NCBI RefSeq assembly: GCF_018350175.1
Contig: NC_058368.1
Location: forward strand, 210,864,001-210,928,000
From: Felis catus
Taxonomy: Eukaryota
Length of the DNA stretch: 64,000 nucleotides
Direction of reading: 5' to 3'
The stretch's first letter is position 1, and every line of letters begins with the position of its first letter. Made by a program: the position numbers and the translations under genes. Shown here one piece after another: positions 49,481 through 62,389 of the stretch. The notes beneath the pieces were generated by a model. The model did not search any database. It was not told where the DNA came from and worked only from the letters and a program-made list of their open reading frames with translations.

Positions 49481-50009
49481 TTGGTAGGTGAAATAATGGC
49501 CCCAAAGATGGGTCTTAATCCTCAGAATCTCACCACAATGAACATGGCAACGGGAATTTAAGGTGGTAGATGGAGTTAAAGTTGCTAATTAGCTGATTTT
49601 AGGATAGGAAAATTATCCTGAGTTATCCATTTGGATCCAATGTGATCACAAGAGTCCTTATATGTGGAAGAGGGAGACAAAAGAAGAGTCAGAGGAAGAG
49701 ATGTGACAATATATGCAAGGTCAGAGGGATGTGATAAGAGAAGTCAACTCGCTGGTACTGGCTTTGAAAACAAAGGAAGAAGGGCATGAGCCACAGAACG
49801 TGGTAGCCTTTAGAAGCTGGAAGAGTCCAGGAAATGAACTGTTCCCTAGAACCTACAGGAAAAGAACACAGTTCTGCCAACCCCTTGATTTTAGCCAAGT
49901 GAGTCCATTGTGGACTCTGACCTTCCAAACCAACCGATAATAGATTTGTGTCATTTTAAGCCACTAAGTCTGTGTCCATTTGTTGCAGCAGCCATAGGAA
50001 ACTAAAACA
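49481..50009 (+). mobile_element. MaLR LTR (MLT1D-like)
   Basis: TGGTAGGTGAAATAATGGCCCCAAAGATG start; GTTGCAGCAGCCATAGGAAACTAAAACA end. Confidence 0.88.
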
Positions 50010-53000
50010 ACTTTCCTATTACACACAAAGAAGAAAAACCCATGGAAATGTGAAAATGCCCTTTTGAGATCAGCTGTTCGGTGGTCCCAGGGCTCAGGGA
50101 CACACGCCAGCTTTCTCACGTCATATACGCTATGCAGGAGGGCTGCAAGTCCTACACCTGTCGTATGATGCCTAGCCTCCTTAGTGAAAGCGCAGCCTCT
50201 CAGTCCGCAAATCCTCAGATGGTTACGGTGACCAGGATGTGCAAGGCAGCGAGGAAGACGTGCCCAGTAGAGGGAATAGCACTTAGAGCAAGCAAGCTGT
50301 CTCCTGTACTCTTCACCATGCCCAGCACTGTCGGCATTTCCGAGGCTTCTAAATAAACAACGCTATCATTTTGAGGATTTGTCAGCACACTGATGAGAAT
50401 TTTTTCTTGTTACATGTGTCTCTTTTGTGATTAGCCCAGTGTAACGTACGTGGCTTGGTGACAACTGTCTGACCCTCCACAGTGAAGCTCTTAATTCTGT
50501 TTTCAAAAAGTTCTTCTTTAGAGGTGCCTATTCTGTGAACTTCCCTTCTCATTTGGCCATGGAAACAGATGATATGAGGTCAGTACAGCAAGGCAATCCC
50601 TCTGATTTTGGACAGAAGGATATAATGTGAAAGGAAAATAAAAGTTTTAGTTGTGCAGAGCATATGCTGAACTTCATGGTGAAGAATTTCAGTTTCCTGA
50701 TTGCGTGATGCCTGTAGAGTCTCATTTTTTTACTTCTGTGCTCCCCTGGCTTATTCAGAAGATATTTGAATAATCACCTTGTCACTTTGCTGGTCACCAG
50801 GGACACATTGATGAGTAAGACAGGCATGACCCCATCTCTCCTGGAACTTAAAACCTAGTGGGTGTCGCAAGAAAGAAAACAGAGATTCCAATACTACATT
50901 ATTAATGTGTTTATCCACCCACCAATTATTTATGAAGTACTTGTGCTGAGCTAGTGCCGAAAAGAAAAGTAAGACACAAGGCTACAGTTTAGGTCCTTAA
51001 ATGAGGCTGGTGGGAAACCCCTTCTGCACAAATTTAATATTTATGGAGTGGACTTCAACATACAGAGATTTTATAGAACCGACTCCAATCAGAGATCGAG
51101 GGTGGCTGTGGAGTGGTCGGTACATTTGTGTGGCAGGGCCACTTACCATTTCAGTTTTTTGGTTTGTTTATTTTTGTTTTTCCTCAGAGGTACTTCCAGA
51201 TAATGAACTTAAGACTCCATTTGGAGGGTTTTTGGGTTTTTTGGTTTTTTTTTCTGAAAACTTGGAATTGCTCCCAAAAGAAATAAATCAAAATCCAAGA
51301 TGACTACGCAACTAAGTAACCTTAGAAGAGAGGGTTTTGTTGGCCACCCACATTACAATCATCTGGGAACACTTGAAATTCCTACTGAACTACAGTCTCA
51401 GTACCTGACACTCTGGAACCTGTACTTTTCACACGGACCCCAGGACTAAAGTGTGAGGATCTCCAGTCTTTCCCACATTGTCATTTTTCTTCATCAACTT
51501 GGAACAGCAGCTCTCTCTAACTTGACTCTAAAGTCAAGAGGTTTCCTAGGGATTTTGAATAAGGCTACCCTCTTAAATCAGTAAACCCCATACATGATGC
51601 ATGAGAGGACATCTAAAGAAGTAAATGAGCTTATTTAAAAGGGGCTTGTTTATAAGTATTTGATCTGAGAAGGGAACACTCAAGGACAACCATCCAAGGT
51701 AACTTGCATCCAATGCAATTTAGGTTGGCAAGACCAAAATATGTTAGTAATCAAAATATTGAAAGCTAATCAATTGCATTTGTAGCAGGTCTTATAAAAG
51801 CTTATTAACAGAAGCCTACTTGTTCCTTCAAAGTCTCTTTCTCTCTTTTTAAATTTACTATTGTCTAGAATAAAGTACTGATAGCATTACCCAGCACAGT
51901 GGAGTGGGGGGAGAGGGGTGAAGAGAAGGAGACTGCATTGGGGAGAGAATAAACAAGTGATCATCAGAGAGACCTTTTATTTTCTCAGTTAGAGGTGAGT
52001 CAGCAGGCTTCACCATTAGCGGAAGGAAGAACTCTCAAAACTATTTCAAGACTCTTGGCTCTGGGTCCCTAATCACTGTTCAGTTTTCTGGCTCTAATTT
52101 GGAGTCCCTGGAGATGTCACTACAGAGAAAGTGCACTGGCCAGAAAACCCGTGTACCCCAGGGTCCTTAATGTTTATTTTTCTCATTGTACATTCATATG
52201 TTGATTTGTGGTATATGATTTTTTTTTTCTCTGTTGAGTCTGGAGAGTTGAGCTCCACGGCCCCAACAACCCTTCTCATTATGGAGTCCAAGTAGTTTCT
52301 TGACTGCTAACTTGAGTGTCAAGTATCTGTGAGATTCAGTTTAAATGAGCAGCTGGATTCTTTCAGTAACATCTCCAAGTTGTTTCTAAACAACTGTAAA
52401 ATGTATCATAGACTTTGTAGAGCTGTTAGGAGTCAACATTTTACAAAGAAGGTAGCAGGCTCAAAGAGATGAAATGACAAGCCAAGGACATAGGGCAAGA
52501 AGGTGGATGGATAGAGACACAAACCTTTTGAACATGAAGGCAACATTGCTTCCACACATTGCAGTGTTTCTCACAAACACCATTGGGCCCAAGGACTTTG
52601 TTTTCATCCACTTACACGCCCATTGGGCTTTTAATGACAATACACCTTAGTTAGGAAGCAGATCCCTCCCCAGATAAAATGACTTCATAATTATAGAAGC
52701 TTCACATATAGAATTTTTCCTGAGCCCTCATAGCTTCCCAAACCAATATATGTTGATCCATGATGATGCACTTCTTAAGCCTGACATGGATTTCTTCCTC
52801 TTTTTTTAGTCATCCAAAAGTACCCCTGCTGAAGCCTATTAAAATTCAGGTGAAAAAAAGATAAATAAAACTCCCTCGCTTGAAAATTCGATCTTCTCAT
52901 TTTGAAACTAACTCTTAAGCTTTGACAAAATGTTTATGTTCTATTAAAAATACAGCCATCCATCAAGTGTGGTTTTATAGTTAAGAATTAAAAGGGGAGG

Positions 53001-54860
53001 TCAGGACGCCCCAAGGATGTGATTTACATCCTTAATTATGTTTCGACAGACCTCCTGCACACAGAATTGCCTTCCAATGTAACAGCCATATAAAGTTAAT
53101 TTTTATCTGTTTTGACTTGTTTGTTATGCTGCATTTGCCCAATGCTCACAGAGCTAGAGAATAACAGAAACCAGACCAGAAATGACTGCCTTTTCTCTGG
53201 GCCCAAAATGTCATGTATCAGAACAGTCACTGGGCTCCTACCAGTCTGTTGATAGGATTCACGCTGTGACCTCTCCCATTTGTTCCATTTAAATTACCCT
53301 GAAGGCATGACTCAGCAGTGCTCTGAATTGGGATTGGCATATGCTGTGCAAACAGCCCATCCTCAGACCTCAGTAACCCCTCACCAGTAGCCTAGGAAAA
53401 TCTCTATGACAAAAACTTATGGGTTCGAACTCCAGGAGCAGTGGAAGTCCACTGCCAGAAATCTAAATGGTGGCATGGTTCTGAGAATGTGGACTCTGAA
53501 CAGGTTCCGTGTTGCTGCTTCCCATCCCCGCCACTCTTCAGCCCGCTGTGGGCAAGAAGTGTCTCCTCATGAGTAAACGAGGGATATTAAAGGATATAAA
53601 ACCCATGTGTATATCATATGGTTGCCATGAGGATTAAGTGACACATTTCGCTTAGTGTGTGAGATACATATACAGGAGATTATTTATGTAACCAGCCTCT
53701 AACAGTTCTAACAGAAACTGGTGCACGGAAATCCTTAAAATGCCATTTATCCATTCATTTTAAGGGACCTTTCCTCTTTGGTACTTAGACTCTTGAACGT
53801 TAATAACAAGAAGAAAGGAGAGACAAGCTAAAGAAATGCAATGCAATTTTCCACATCTTTTTTTTTTCTTTTTTTGCTCTCTTTTATTCTGGGAAAGAAG
53901 CAATTGAATGGGAACCATGGAGAATTAGTATTGTTGAAGGAGTAAAATAAATCAAAATGAACCTATAAAAATCAGGCGAATCAGCATGGCTAACATAATA
54001 AACAGACAAGCTTTTCAGCTTGGTCGGATGGGTTGACCTGAAAGCTGAATGCGCATGGACAGAAAATTGGGAGGAAGATAAGAGGTCGCCCTTGCAACAC
54101 ATTCTAAGGTGAGAAAAATCCTTTCCCACCTAAAAATGAGCCTTTTCCCTGCTCTAATCCTCAAAGAGAAAGGGAAAAAGAAATGCTGAGGGATGGAGAC
54201 CCCGGGCAGAAGCTGACCTGCTTTCCTTTCTTGGCTGAATTCCTGACGGGCTTACTCATTCTGTTGTTGGTACTGTCCCCACATTGTACTGATTCCAGGA
54301 ACCTCTCAGGGTCGCGAGTAAGGGAGCCAATTATCCACAGCAGGTGTGATTGCCTCCACAACCACAATCGGCTGCAGACCGTGACAGGGCACTCTCCTTC
54401 CCTCCTTGCTGCGCCCCTCACTTCGGGAGCGGTCACCCCACTCCCTGTGTGCAGACGCAGCCTCTTGAGACTGCAGGGTAAGAAGACTGTGTGATCCGGG
54501 CTTGCTGACAAATCTCTGATTCTTGGAACTGTTTGGCAGGGTGGATTTGCCCAATGACCAATTTCCCCTGACTTGAAAACAACGCGAGAAAAGAGGAACA
54601 GCTGAGATGCCGGGTGCCTGGTGTTGGTGGCTTCCTCGATGGTACAGGAAGGCTACTCGATGCCTGGGCGCCGTGCTTCCTGGAGAAGATGCTACCACAG
54701 GCAGAGCAGACTGGACCCCAAAACTCAGCAGGGCCATCTAGACACATGTTGTGCACCCTGGGGTTGTCCCCAGATAGCCCAGCCAACCTCCTCCGCTTAA
54801 TACTAAAACACGTTTGGGAGAATTGAGAAATTGACCTTAGTTTTAAAAAGGGCCTGTTTA

Positions 54861-54906
54861 GGGGCGCCTGGGTGGCTCAGTCGGTTAAGCAACCAGCTCT
54901 TTGGTT
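54861..54906 (+). mobile_element. Can-SINE head only (3' part missing)
   Basis: Perfect GGGGCGCCTGGGTGGCTCAGTCGGTTAAGC, then similarity is lost. Confidence 0.85.
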
Positions 54907-54914
54907 GTTGGTAA

Positions 54915-55182
54915 TTAAGTTTTCTCATCCCCTTTATCAGTGATTGGCGTTGGAAGGAACATGTGATCTCATGGACCATCCTGTTAGTGCCAGGGGAATC
55001 CGCTGACACTAGGGAGGGGTGGGTGACAAAGGGGAAGCGGAGCCCTGGATGGCATCCTTGGGAGAAATCTGAAGTGGGTCTGCCTTAGGATACCCCCCTC
55101 TGACACCCAATAAATGTCTCTATTAATTCAAAGCACTTGAGTTTAGTTTTCTTGCTTGCTTCTAAAACATCCTAAAAATACA
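54915..55182 (+). mobile_element. Old MaLR LTR fragment (MLT1J/K-like)
   Basis: TGATTGG...CATGTGATC; AATAAATG...TTTTCTTGCTTGCTTCTAAAACATCCTAAAAATACA terminus. Confidence 0.5.
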
Positions 55183-55279
55183 GAAATCTACTTAAAATAC
55201 ATAATTTGTCTTTTATATTGCTACATTTTAATGTAAACATGTAGGTTCAATTCTCTAAGGAACACAGAGTTTCAAATGG

Positions 55280-55313
55280 ATGAATGAATGAATGAATGAA
55301 TGAATGAATGAAT
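55280..55313. repeat. (GAAT)n microsatellite
   Basis: Direct reading. Confidence 0.93.
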
Positions 55314-56729
55314 TTACTTTGGAAAGCTGGTCTAATTATCATATTTTGTGCATTAATTCTACAAGTCAAGTCTTCCTTCAGTGTCCACTGTATCTAGCAC
55401 TATGCTTGACAGTGAAGGTAAGTGGATAAATAAGACTGTGCCCTCAAACTGTTCATGCCTGCTAAAAGATACAGAAGCAAAATTGAACATAGAAAAATAC
55501 AATGTGATAAATACGATGATAAAGCTGTGTAACTATTCCTACATTCCAAAGAAATGCTGATGCCAGAGCTGTGTTTTGCAGGGTAACTGAGAGCTAAGTC
55601 AGGTGGAGGGGAAGCAAATGAGTATTCCAGGCTTCAGCAACATGAGCAAAGTCGGGGCATCATCACTCAGACCGTAACATGAGTCATAAACCCTAGACTT
55701 GTCCAATGCACAACGTACACTACTGTATAGAGCAACCCTCAATAAAGACAAAGGAAAATGGAAAATGGTGGAGAATTTATGGACCTATAAACTGTCTTCT
55801 TTTTGCAGTGGCAGCAGGACTTCACGAGAAGTGAGGTTGGAGAGACCTCAGAAATGTGCATTCTTCTTATAGAATCACCTATGTAACACGTTAAGGAAAC
55901 TGAGCTCTATCCCATACATAGGTTATTTCTCCTAAAGTATGTGTGTTAGCATCATCTGGTGAACATTTTTCAAGTGCAGACTTACAGGCCCATCTCCCGG
56001 AGATTGATGCCATACATCTGGGGTGGGGTCAGGTACCTGCATCTTTACCCAGCTCTCCAATTGATTCTTCTTCCTCCTAAAATTGAAAAAAACAAACAAA
56101 CAAAAAAAAAAAAAAAACAAAAAAACAGTGGGGCAGGTGTGGTTTCACTGAAGGATGTGGGCCAGTGGAGTGACATGGCCCCATTCGTTTCAGAAGACGA
56201 CCATTCTGGCTGCCGTCTGAGGAATGGAAGGGGAGCTGGCTCTCTGGAGGCAGTTACCAGATGCATAGCAATTCCTATGAAAGGTGAGGAGACAAGGACG
56301 GCAGGGACGGGGAGGAAGTCAAAGATTCCTTCGGCTCTTTGCCAGGCCAGATGGTCTCAAGGCCAGAGGAACACCGTGACCCTCACATGTTTTCCAGGCT
56401 GAGAGCCTCCTTTAGCAAACTCCTTGCAAGTGGGCAGATCCAGAAACCTGTGTGGCATCTCCTGAAGGTGTTGCCACAATTGCCTTTATGGTTCCTGCTG
56501 AGGAAAGTCCTGTTCCAGCAGCTGAGCCTGAGGGAGCCATTCAGTAGTCGGTTCCCCAAGAAACCAAAACAGAAAATCCATACTCCTTGTCCTCAGAAAT
56601 CTTTCATTTGAGGGAGGAGAGAAGATATATGAACCAAAATATTTGCAAAATACTCCTTCAACTGTCAATTGGGGTACTATGAACTGAGTAAGTGTTGTGA
56701 AGAGGAGAGGCTCCAAGAAAAGAAAGAAC

Positions 56730-56980
56730 GGGGGATGGGGAGATAAGAAGAGAAGGAAGGGGGATGGGGAGATGAGAAGGAAAGGGGATGGGGAGATAAG
56801 AAGAGAAGGAAAGAGGGATGGGGAGATAAGAAGAGAAGGAAGGGGGATGGGGAGATGAGAAGGAAAGGAGATGGGGAGATAAGAAGAGAAAGAAAGGGGG
56901 ATGGGGAGATAAGAAGAGAAAGAAAGGGGGGTGGGGAGATAAGAAGAAAAAGAAAGGGGGGTGGGGAGATAAGAAGAGGG
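56730..56980. repeat. Polypurine minisatellite, about 9 units of 24-30 bp (GGGGGATGGGGAGATAAGAAGAGAAGGAA)
   Basis: GGGGAGAT recurs about 9 times; no C on the plus strand across the tract. Confidence 0.95.
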
Positions 56981-57079
56981 GTGATGCGCAGTTTTCATCA
57001 GGACTTTGTATTCCTCACAGGAGTCTGGTCAACTGGTTGAGGTGATGAATGAGCCTTCCTCTCCTCAAATCCCAAACCA

Positions 57080-57270
57080 AGTGTTTAAACACGACTTCAA
57101 ACACTCCTCTGCCACATGCTAAATGTGTGGCCTTAGGTGAGTGAACTGATGTTTCTGTGCCTTGGTTTCCTCATCGGAAAAATGAGGATAATAATTGTAC
57201 TACCTCAGACGATGGCTTTGACTAGTAAACAAGTTCACATTTGCAAAGCTCTTAGAAGAATGTGAACACT
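57080..57270 (+). mobile_element. MIR SINE
   Basis: TGTGTGGCCTTAGGTGAGT...CTGTGCCTTGGTTTCCTCATCGGAAAAATGAGGATAATAAT. Confidence 0.85.
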
Positions 57271-58356
57271 TTGTAGAACAGCAGGGTATCACCTGGCAAG
57301 GTCTTCGAGTACTTCTTGAAATTTCACTTAAATAAAATATGCTTAATGAATTATATTTCAGCTACATTAAATTCAAACTTGAATTGAAATGAGTGTGCTA
57401 CATCTGCAAAGACTGGCCAGGACCCGTATTGAGCCAAGGTCTCTGCAATCAAGCCTTTGTTTCCCTGCTGGGACAGATGCAGTGGCTCAGAGGTTCCAAT
57501 ACCACACAGACACCTGTGACTGTAGCTATGGAGAAATCTGTGCCCACATTCACAGTGCCACCCTGCAACCTCTTACGGAGGCTCTGGTGTCATTATTTAC
57601 TTAACATTGTTGAAAGTACCTGACTCATTTCCCCCATGGGTTTCCAGCCTCTTGTGTTTTAACCCATGGTTTCTAGCCTTTTTTTTTTTCCACTGATTTA
57701 ATTTCTAAACACACGGGAAAAAAATATTGGCCAATGCACTTGTTATTGCAGCCTCCAAAATTAGCTTTTTAAGTCTCCTTTCCACAACTGTATTTTTATA
57801 GAAAAAACATTAATATTGTTTCTATGTTTCTACCCAAGGGGTAGTAGCGTTTCACTTATGTGTGTGAGGCTCTGAAGTACTTTGGAAGAAAAAAATGCCT
57901 TGCAGACAAAAGCCTTCATTTTAAAAGTTTAATTCTCAATTCCACTCCAAAAAACTGTGAGCTGGATGATAGTTCATTCCCATATTTCTGAAGGAGAGTT
58001 AGTTGCGGAGACAGTGTCCAGCCAAGCTACCCTTGACTTTGTGCTTTACGACAGTGAAGACACATCTGTGAGAACTGTCTTCTCTGACTCTTTTATAGGC
58101 CGAAAGACATTTGTTGCTCTGGGCGAGAGTATTCCATACAAGGTTTCTCAAAGCATGGTTTTTTGCACGATGTATATCAGAAACTCCTAAAGTATTTATT
58201 AAAATTTCCAAGGCTGTACCATAAGCCTAAGAAAGCCATCTCGGGATAGATCCAAAACCGCTGATGTACAGCTTCCTCTGTATTTTGTGCATGCTGAAGT
58301 TTTTGAACACGCTAATGAGGATTCCAACAGAGGTCACCTTGATGGCTCTGGTTCTT

Positions 58357-58588
58357 TTTTTTTTTTTTTTTAATTTTTTTTTCCAACGTTTATTTATTTT
58401 TGGGACAGAGAGAGACAGAGCATGAACGGGGGAGGGGCAGAGAGAGAGGGAGACACAGAATCAGAAACAGGCTCCAGGTTCCGAGCCGTCAGCCCAGAGC
58501 CTGACGCGGGGCTCGAACTCCCGGACCGCGAGAGATCGTGACCTGGCTGAAGTCGGACGCTTAACTGACTGCGCCACCCAGGCGCCCC
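58357..58588 (-). mobile_element. Young felid Can-SINE (SINEC_Fc-type)
   Basis: Long T tract; TSD CTCTGGTTCTT at 58346-58356 and 58591-58601; CpG-rich. Confidence 0.96.
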
Positions 58589-58864
58589 GACTCTGGTTCT
58601 TAAACTAAGGAAAGTAGTTAGTCAGAGTTAAAGTTTCAGGAATTAGGGTAATCTTGGGACAAGGAAATCTCTGTTCCTAAAATATTGGTGCATCAATAAG
58701 TATTAAACTTAGGGAAATTATAATCAAGAAAAGGGACGCAGAACATGAATTATTAGAAGATAGACCCATAACAGGTTATGGACAACTTAAGGGTTGAACC
58801 ATACAACGTTTGAGGTTCACATTCTTCACAAATATCCCTTGGAGATGCTGTCAGAAATAGATGC

Positions 58865-59117
58865 TGGGGCGCCTGAGTGGCTCAGTCAGTTAAGCATCTG
58901 ACTCTTGATTTCAGCTCAGGTCCTGGTCTCACTGTTCACAAGATGGAGCCCCGCATTGGGCTCTGCTCTAACGGCATGGAGCCTACTTCAGATTCTCTCT
59001 CTCCTTCCCTCTCTTCCTCTCTCTCTCTGCCCCTCCCCCACTTGTGCATACACTCTCTCTTTCTCAAAATAAACAAATAAACATTTTTTTAAAAACCCTA
59101 TTCATTAAAAACAAAAA
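58865..59117 (+). mobile_element. Can-SINE with composite tail
   Basis: TSD AGAAATAGATGC at 58853-58864 and 59118-59129. Confidence 0.94.
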
Positions 59118-59775
59118 AGAAATAGATGCCAAGGACGCTCAAATTTGGTATTTGAGGATATGCAAAGTTGACACTATATTGTATTCCCCTATAAGGTTAT
59201 ACATTCTGAAGGACAGAATCTGTGCCTTTTGTATTCTTTGTATCCCTGGGGACTAACACCATGACTGTTAATGACAGATAATAATAGACCTCAGCAAATA
59301 TTGATTGCATATTGACTGCTCAGTAAATGTTTGCTGAAATGAACTGGGGGAAGGATCACTTTATTGAGAAGAGTCCACTGGAAAGGAAAAAACCCAACAT
59401 AGTTCAAAAAGATATGAGGATGAATTTACAAAAGCATGTAAATTGTTGTTATTGAATGTATACCTGACATTTCACTAAAAATGTCAAAATCACATTTTTT
59501 CCATTCTGTCCTGACCATATTCCATGCAATTTTGTTTACAAAGCTTTGTCATCGGCTGTCTCTGTGTCTATGTCCCTTTAGGCTATCCAGAATGTTGTTA
59601 ACCTTCAACTAATTTATTAGTACAATATATTGAATTTTCATAATGCTGAACTCTAATTTATAAAGTACACTTCAAATAAACTTCTTTGTCTTGATTTATT
59701 TTGATCTCTAGGGCTATTTTGTAGTTTATTTCAAAATAACTATGGTTTTAAAATATTTCTTCAAAATGAGGTGGG

Positions 59776-59978
59776 TTTTTTTGTTTGTTTGTTTGTTTGT
59801 TTGGGGTTTTGGTTTTGAGAGAGAGAGAGCGGTAGAGACGGGCAGAGGGGAAGAATCTTAAGTAGATTCCATGCCCAATACAGAGCCTGATGTGGGGCTC
59901 AATCCCATGACCCTGGGAGCATGTCCTTAGCTGAAGTCAAGAGTTGGACACCCAACCGACTGAGTCACCCAGACGCTC
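59776..59978 (-). mobile_element. Can-SINE (older subfamily) with (TTTG)n tail
   Basis: CAGAGCCTGATGTGGGGCTCAATCCCATGACC...AACCGACTGAGTCACCCAGACGC. Confidence 0.88.
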
Positions 59979-60695
59979 GAGGTTTTTTTTCTCTTGATCA
60001 GTTCCACCTCAATATTAAAGTACAAAACGTCTTCGACTGGTTGTAACAGCCCCTGATATCTAGCTAGCTGACAGTTTTTCACAAGTAAAATGGTCCACAA
60101 AAGAGCAACCTTGTTGACCTCTGAAAATCACATATGTTAAGGAAAAGAGAAAACCGATATTGGCAAGTTTTGTCTCCCCATAGTACTTGATCCCTTTTCA
60201 GGAGTTCAGGGGTTAAAGAACATTTAGTTTCAATATTCTTGCAAAATCCTTATTTCTGTTTCTAAAAGAGAAGTTTGTAAACGCAGCTTTTAAACATCGG
60301 AAAAGCTTTTACCATTGTTATGAGTCGTATAATAATATAAGCTAAGGGTAAATGAATGAAAAACACATAGATTACCTATCCTGTTGATTATGTGTGTGTT
60401 TAACATTTGAGAGGAAAAAAATATGTTTTACTGAGCTAAAACTGTGTTTGGAATATAATTGACAGTGTTCAGGAAGTCCCCAGGATAAAGGCTTTCAGTA
60501 CTATTTCCACAGCTATAATTTTTAGACAAACACAACATAGACCTTCTTGTTATGTAAGCATGCAAAATATGGTTATTTGTGCAAAAAGAGTAATATAAAC
60601 AAATCAAACTTACTTAGAGTCAGTTTATTAAGTAGACCTACCAAAGCGAAATGGACAATGAGGTCGTAAGATGCCACAATAGAAAAGCCGCGAGT

Positions 60696-60947
60696 GGGGT
60701 GCCTGGGTGGTCCAGTTGGTTAAGCGACCAACCCTTGATTTCAGTTCAGGTCATGATCTCATGGTTCGTGAGATAGAGCCCTACAGTGGGCTCTGAGCTG
60801 ACAGCATGGAGACTTGTTGGGATTCTCTCTCTCCCACTCTCTCTGGCCCTCCCCCACTGGTTCTCTCTTTCTCTCTCTCTCTTTCTTTCCCTCTTCCACT
60901 CTCAAAATAGGTAAATAAATCTTTTTAAAAATATGGATTAAAAAAAA
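60696..60947 (+). mobile_element. Can-SINE
   Basis: Head GGGGTGCCTGGGTGG, CT tract, A-rich tail. Confidence 0.92.
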
Positions 60948-61376
60948 TCCCCAAGAGATGATTGGCAATCCTCCCATATTGACTTGAGGCTGAAAATGAT
61001 AAATTACTGGCCAGTCACACAGGAGGTAAAAATTAGAATTAAAGCTGGTTCAAAACTCCTTATTGTAGTTGCTGACAGAAAAGAATGATTAGGCAATGAA
61101 AATGTTGGAAATGTTTGCAAGTACTCCAAGTTACATCTATGTGAACCAAAGATTTATCTGTAATGGTTTATAAACTATGCAGCAGATATTTAAGTTAAAA
61201 CCTTACATTTATGTGAAGTAGCTATATGATGAAAATAGCTTTTTTAGAATTACATATTATAAAATAGTTCTGAATATCTAGTATTTTAGGACTTGGTACT
61301 GGATCAAAGACACATGCAAAGACTTGAATGAATACACAAGACAGACCAAAAAATGAATTCTAAAAGAAGAATGAGG

Positions 61377-61645
61377 AGGGGCACCTGGGTGGCTCAGTCG
61401 GTTAAGCATCACACTTCGGCTCAGGTCATGATCTCATGGCTTGTGAGTTGGAGCCCCGCGTCAGGCTCTGTGCTGACAGCTCAGAGCCTGGAGCCTGCTT
61501 TGGATTCTGTGTCTCCCTCTCTCTCTGCCTCTCCCCCACTCATGCTCTGTCTCTCTCTCAAAAATAAATAAAAATATTAAAAAAATAAATAAATAAAATA
61601 AAATAAAATAAAATAAAATAAAATAAAAATTTTTAAGAACTAAAA
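61377..61645 (+). mobile_element. Can-SINE with (TAAAA)n tail
   Basis: TSD TAAAAGAAGAATGAGG at 61361-61376 and 61646-61661. Confidence 0.95.
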
Positions 61646-61907
61646 TAAAAGAAGAATGAGGGGCATGGGGACTGGAAGGAGAGAAGGCCAGGCTGTCACT
61701 TACTACCAGCACAATCTAGGACAAGGCATCGCTTTGAGCCTCAAATTTCTCATACCACCACCTAAGATGGAAACACTGTGTAGAAAACTGTTCTAGAAAC
61801 CATTCATGTAATAAATGTAATATGATTGTTATTATTATACTAATTAGATAGGTATGTATTATACTAATGAATAGCATACAGTATTCTAGTTAGTATAATA
61901 TAAATGT

Positions 61908-62052
61908 GGGGCACCTGGATGTCTCAGTTGAGCATCCAACTCTTGATGTTGGCTCAGGTCATGATCTCGTGGTTATGGGATCAAGCCCCATGTCGGGCTC
62001 TGCACTGAGCATGGAACTTGCTTGTGATTCTCTATATCCCTCTGCCCCTCCC

Positions 62053-62100
<48 letters not shown>

Positions 62101-62105
62101 AAAAA
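61908..62105 (+). mobile_element. Can-SINE with long pure (CT)n
   Basis: Head GGGGCACCTGGATGTCTCAG; (TC)n at 62056-62097. Confidence 0.92.
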
Positions 62106-62389
62106 TGTATATACTAAGTTGTATGTATATATAAATATATATATGTATATGTAACACATATATATATATGTAAATACTATTCCCACTGTTTTAAATACTT
62201 CAGTCAATATTTTTGTGGTTATAGTGCCCATCATTGTAGTAACTTTAGTCAGAAATCACTGCAGAACCAGAGGTGTCCTTTTTGAAGAATCCCAGACTAA
62301 TGAGACGACCAAGGGTGGAAAATTGGGAGCCAAAGTTCTACTCACAAGACTGTTCCCCTTCTAGTTACAACTTTTGCTAATCTGTCATC

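Noticed and set aside
56486..57040. Repetitive ORFs on both strands
   Set aside because: Translations of the polypurine minisatellite
501..62154. Recurrent MAQSV.../WVAQSVK... short ORFs and tRNA-like A/B boxes
   Set aside because: All are Can-SINE derived; neither genes nor true tRNAs
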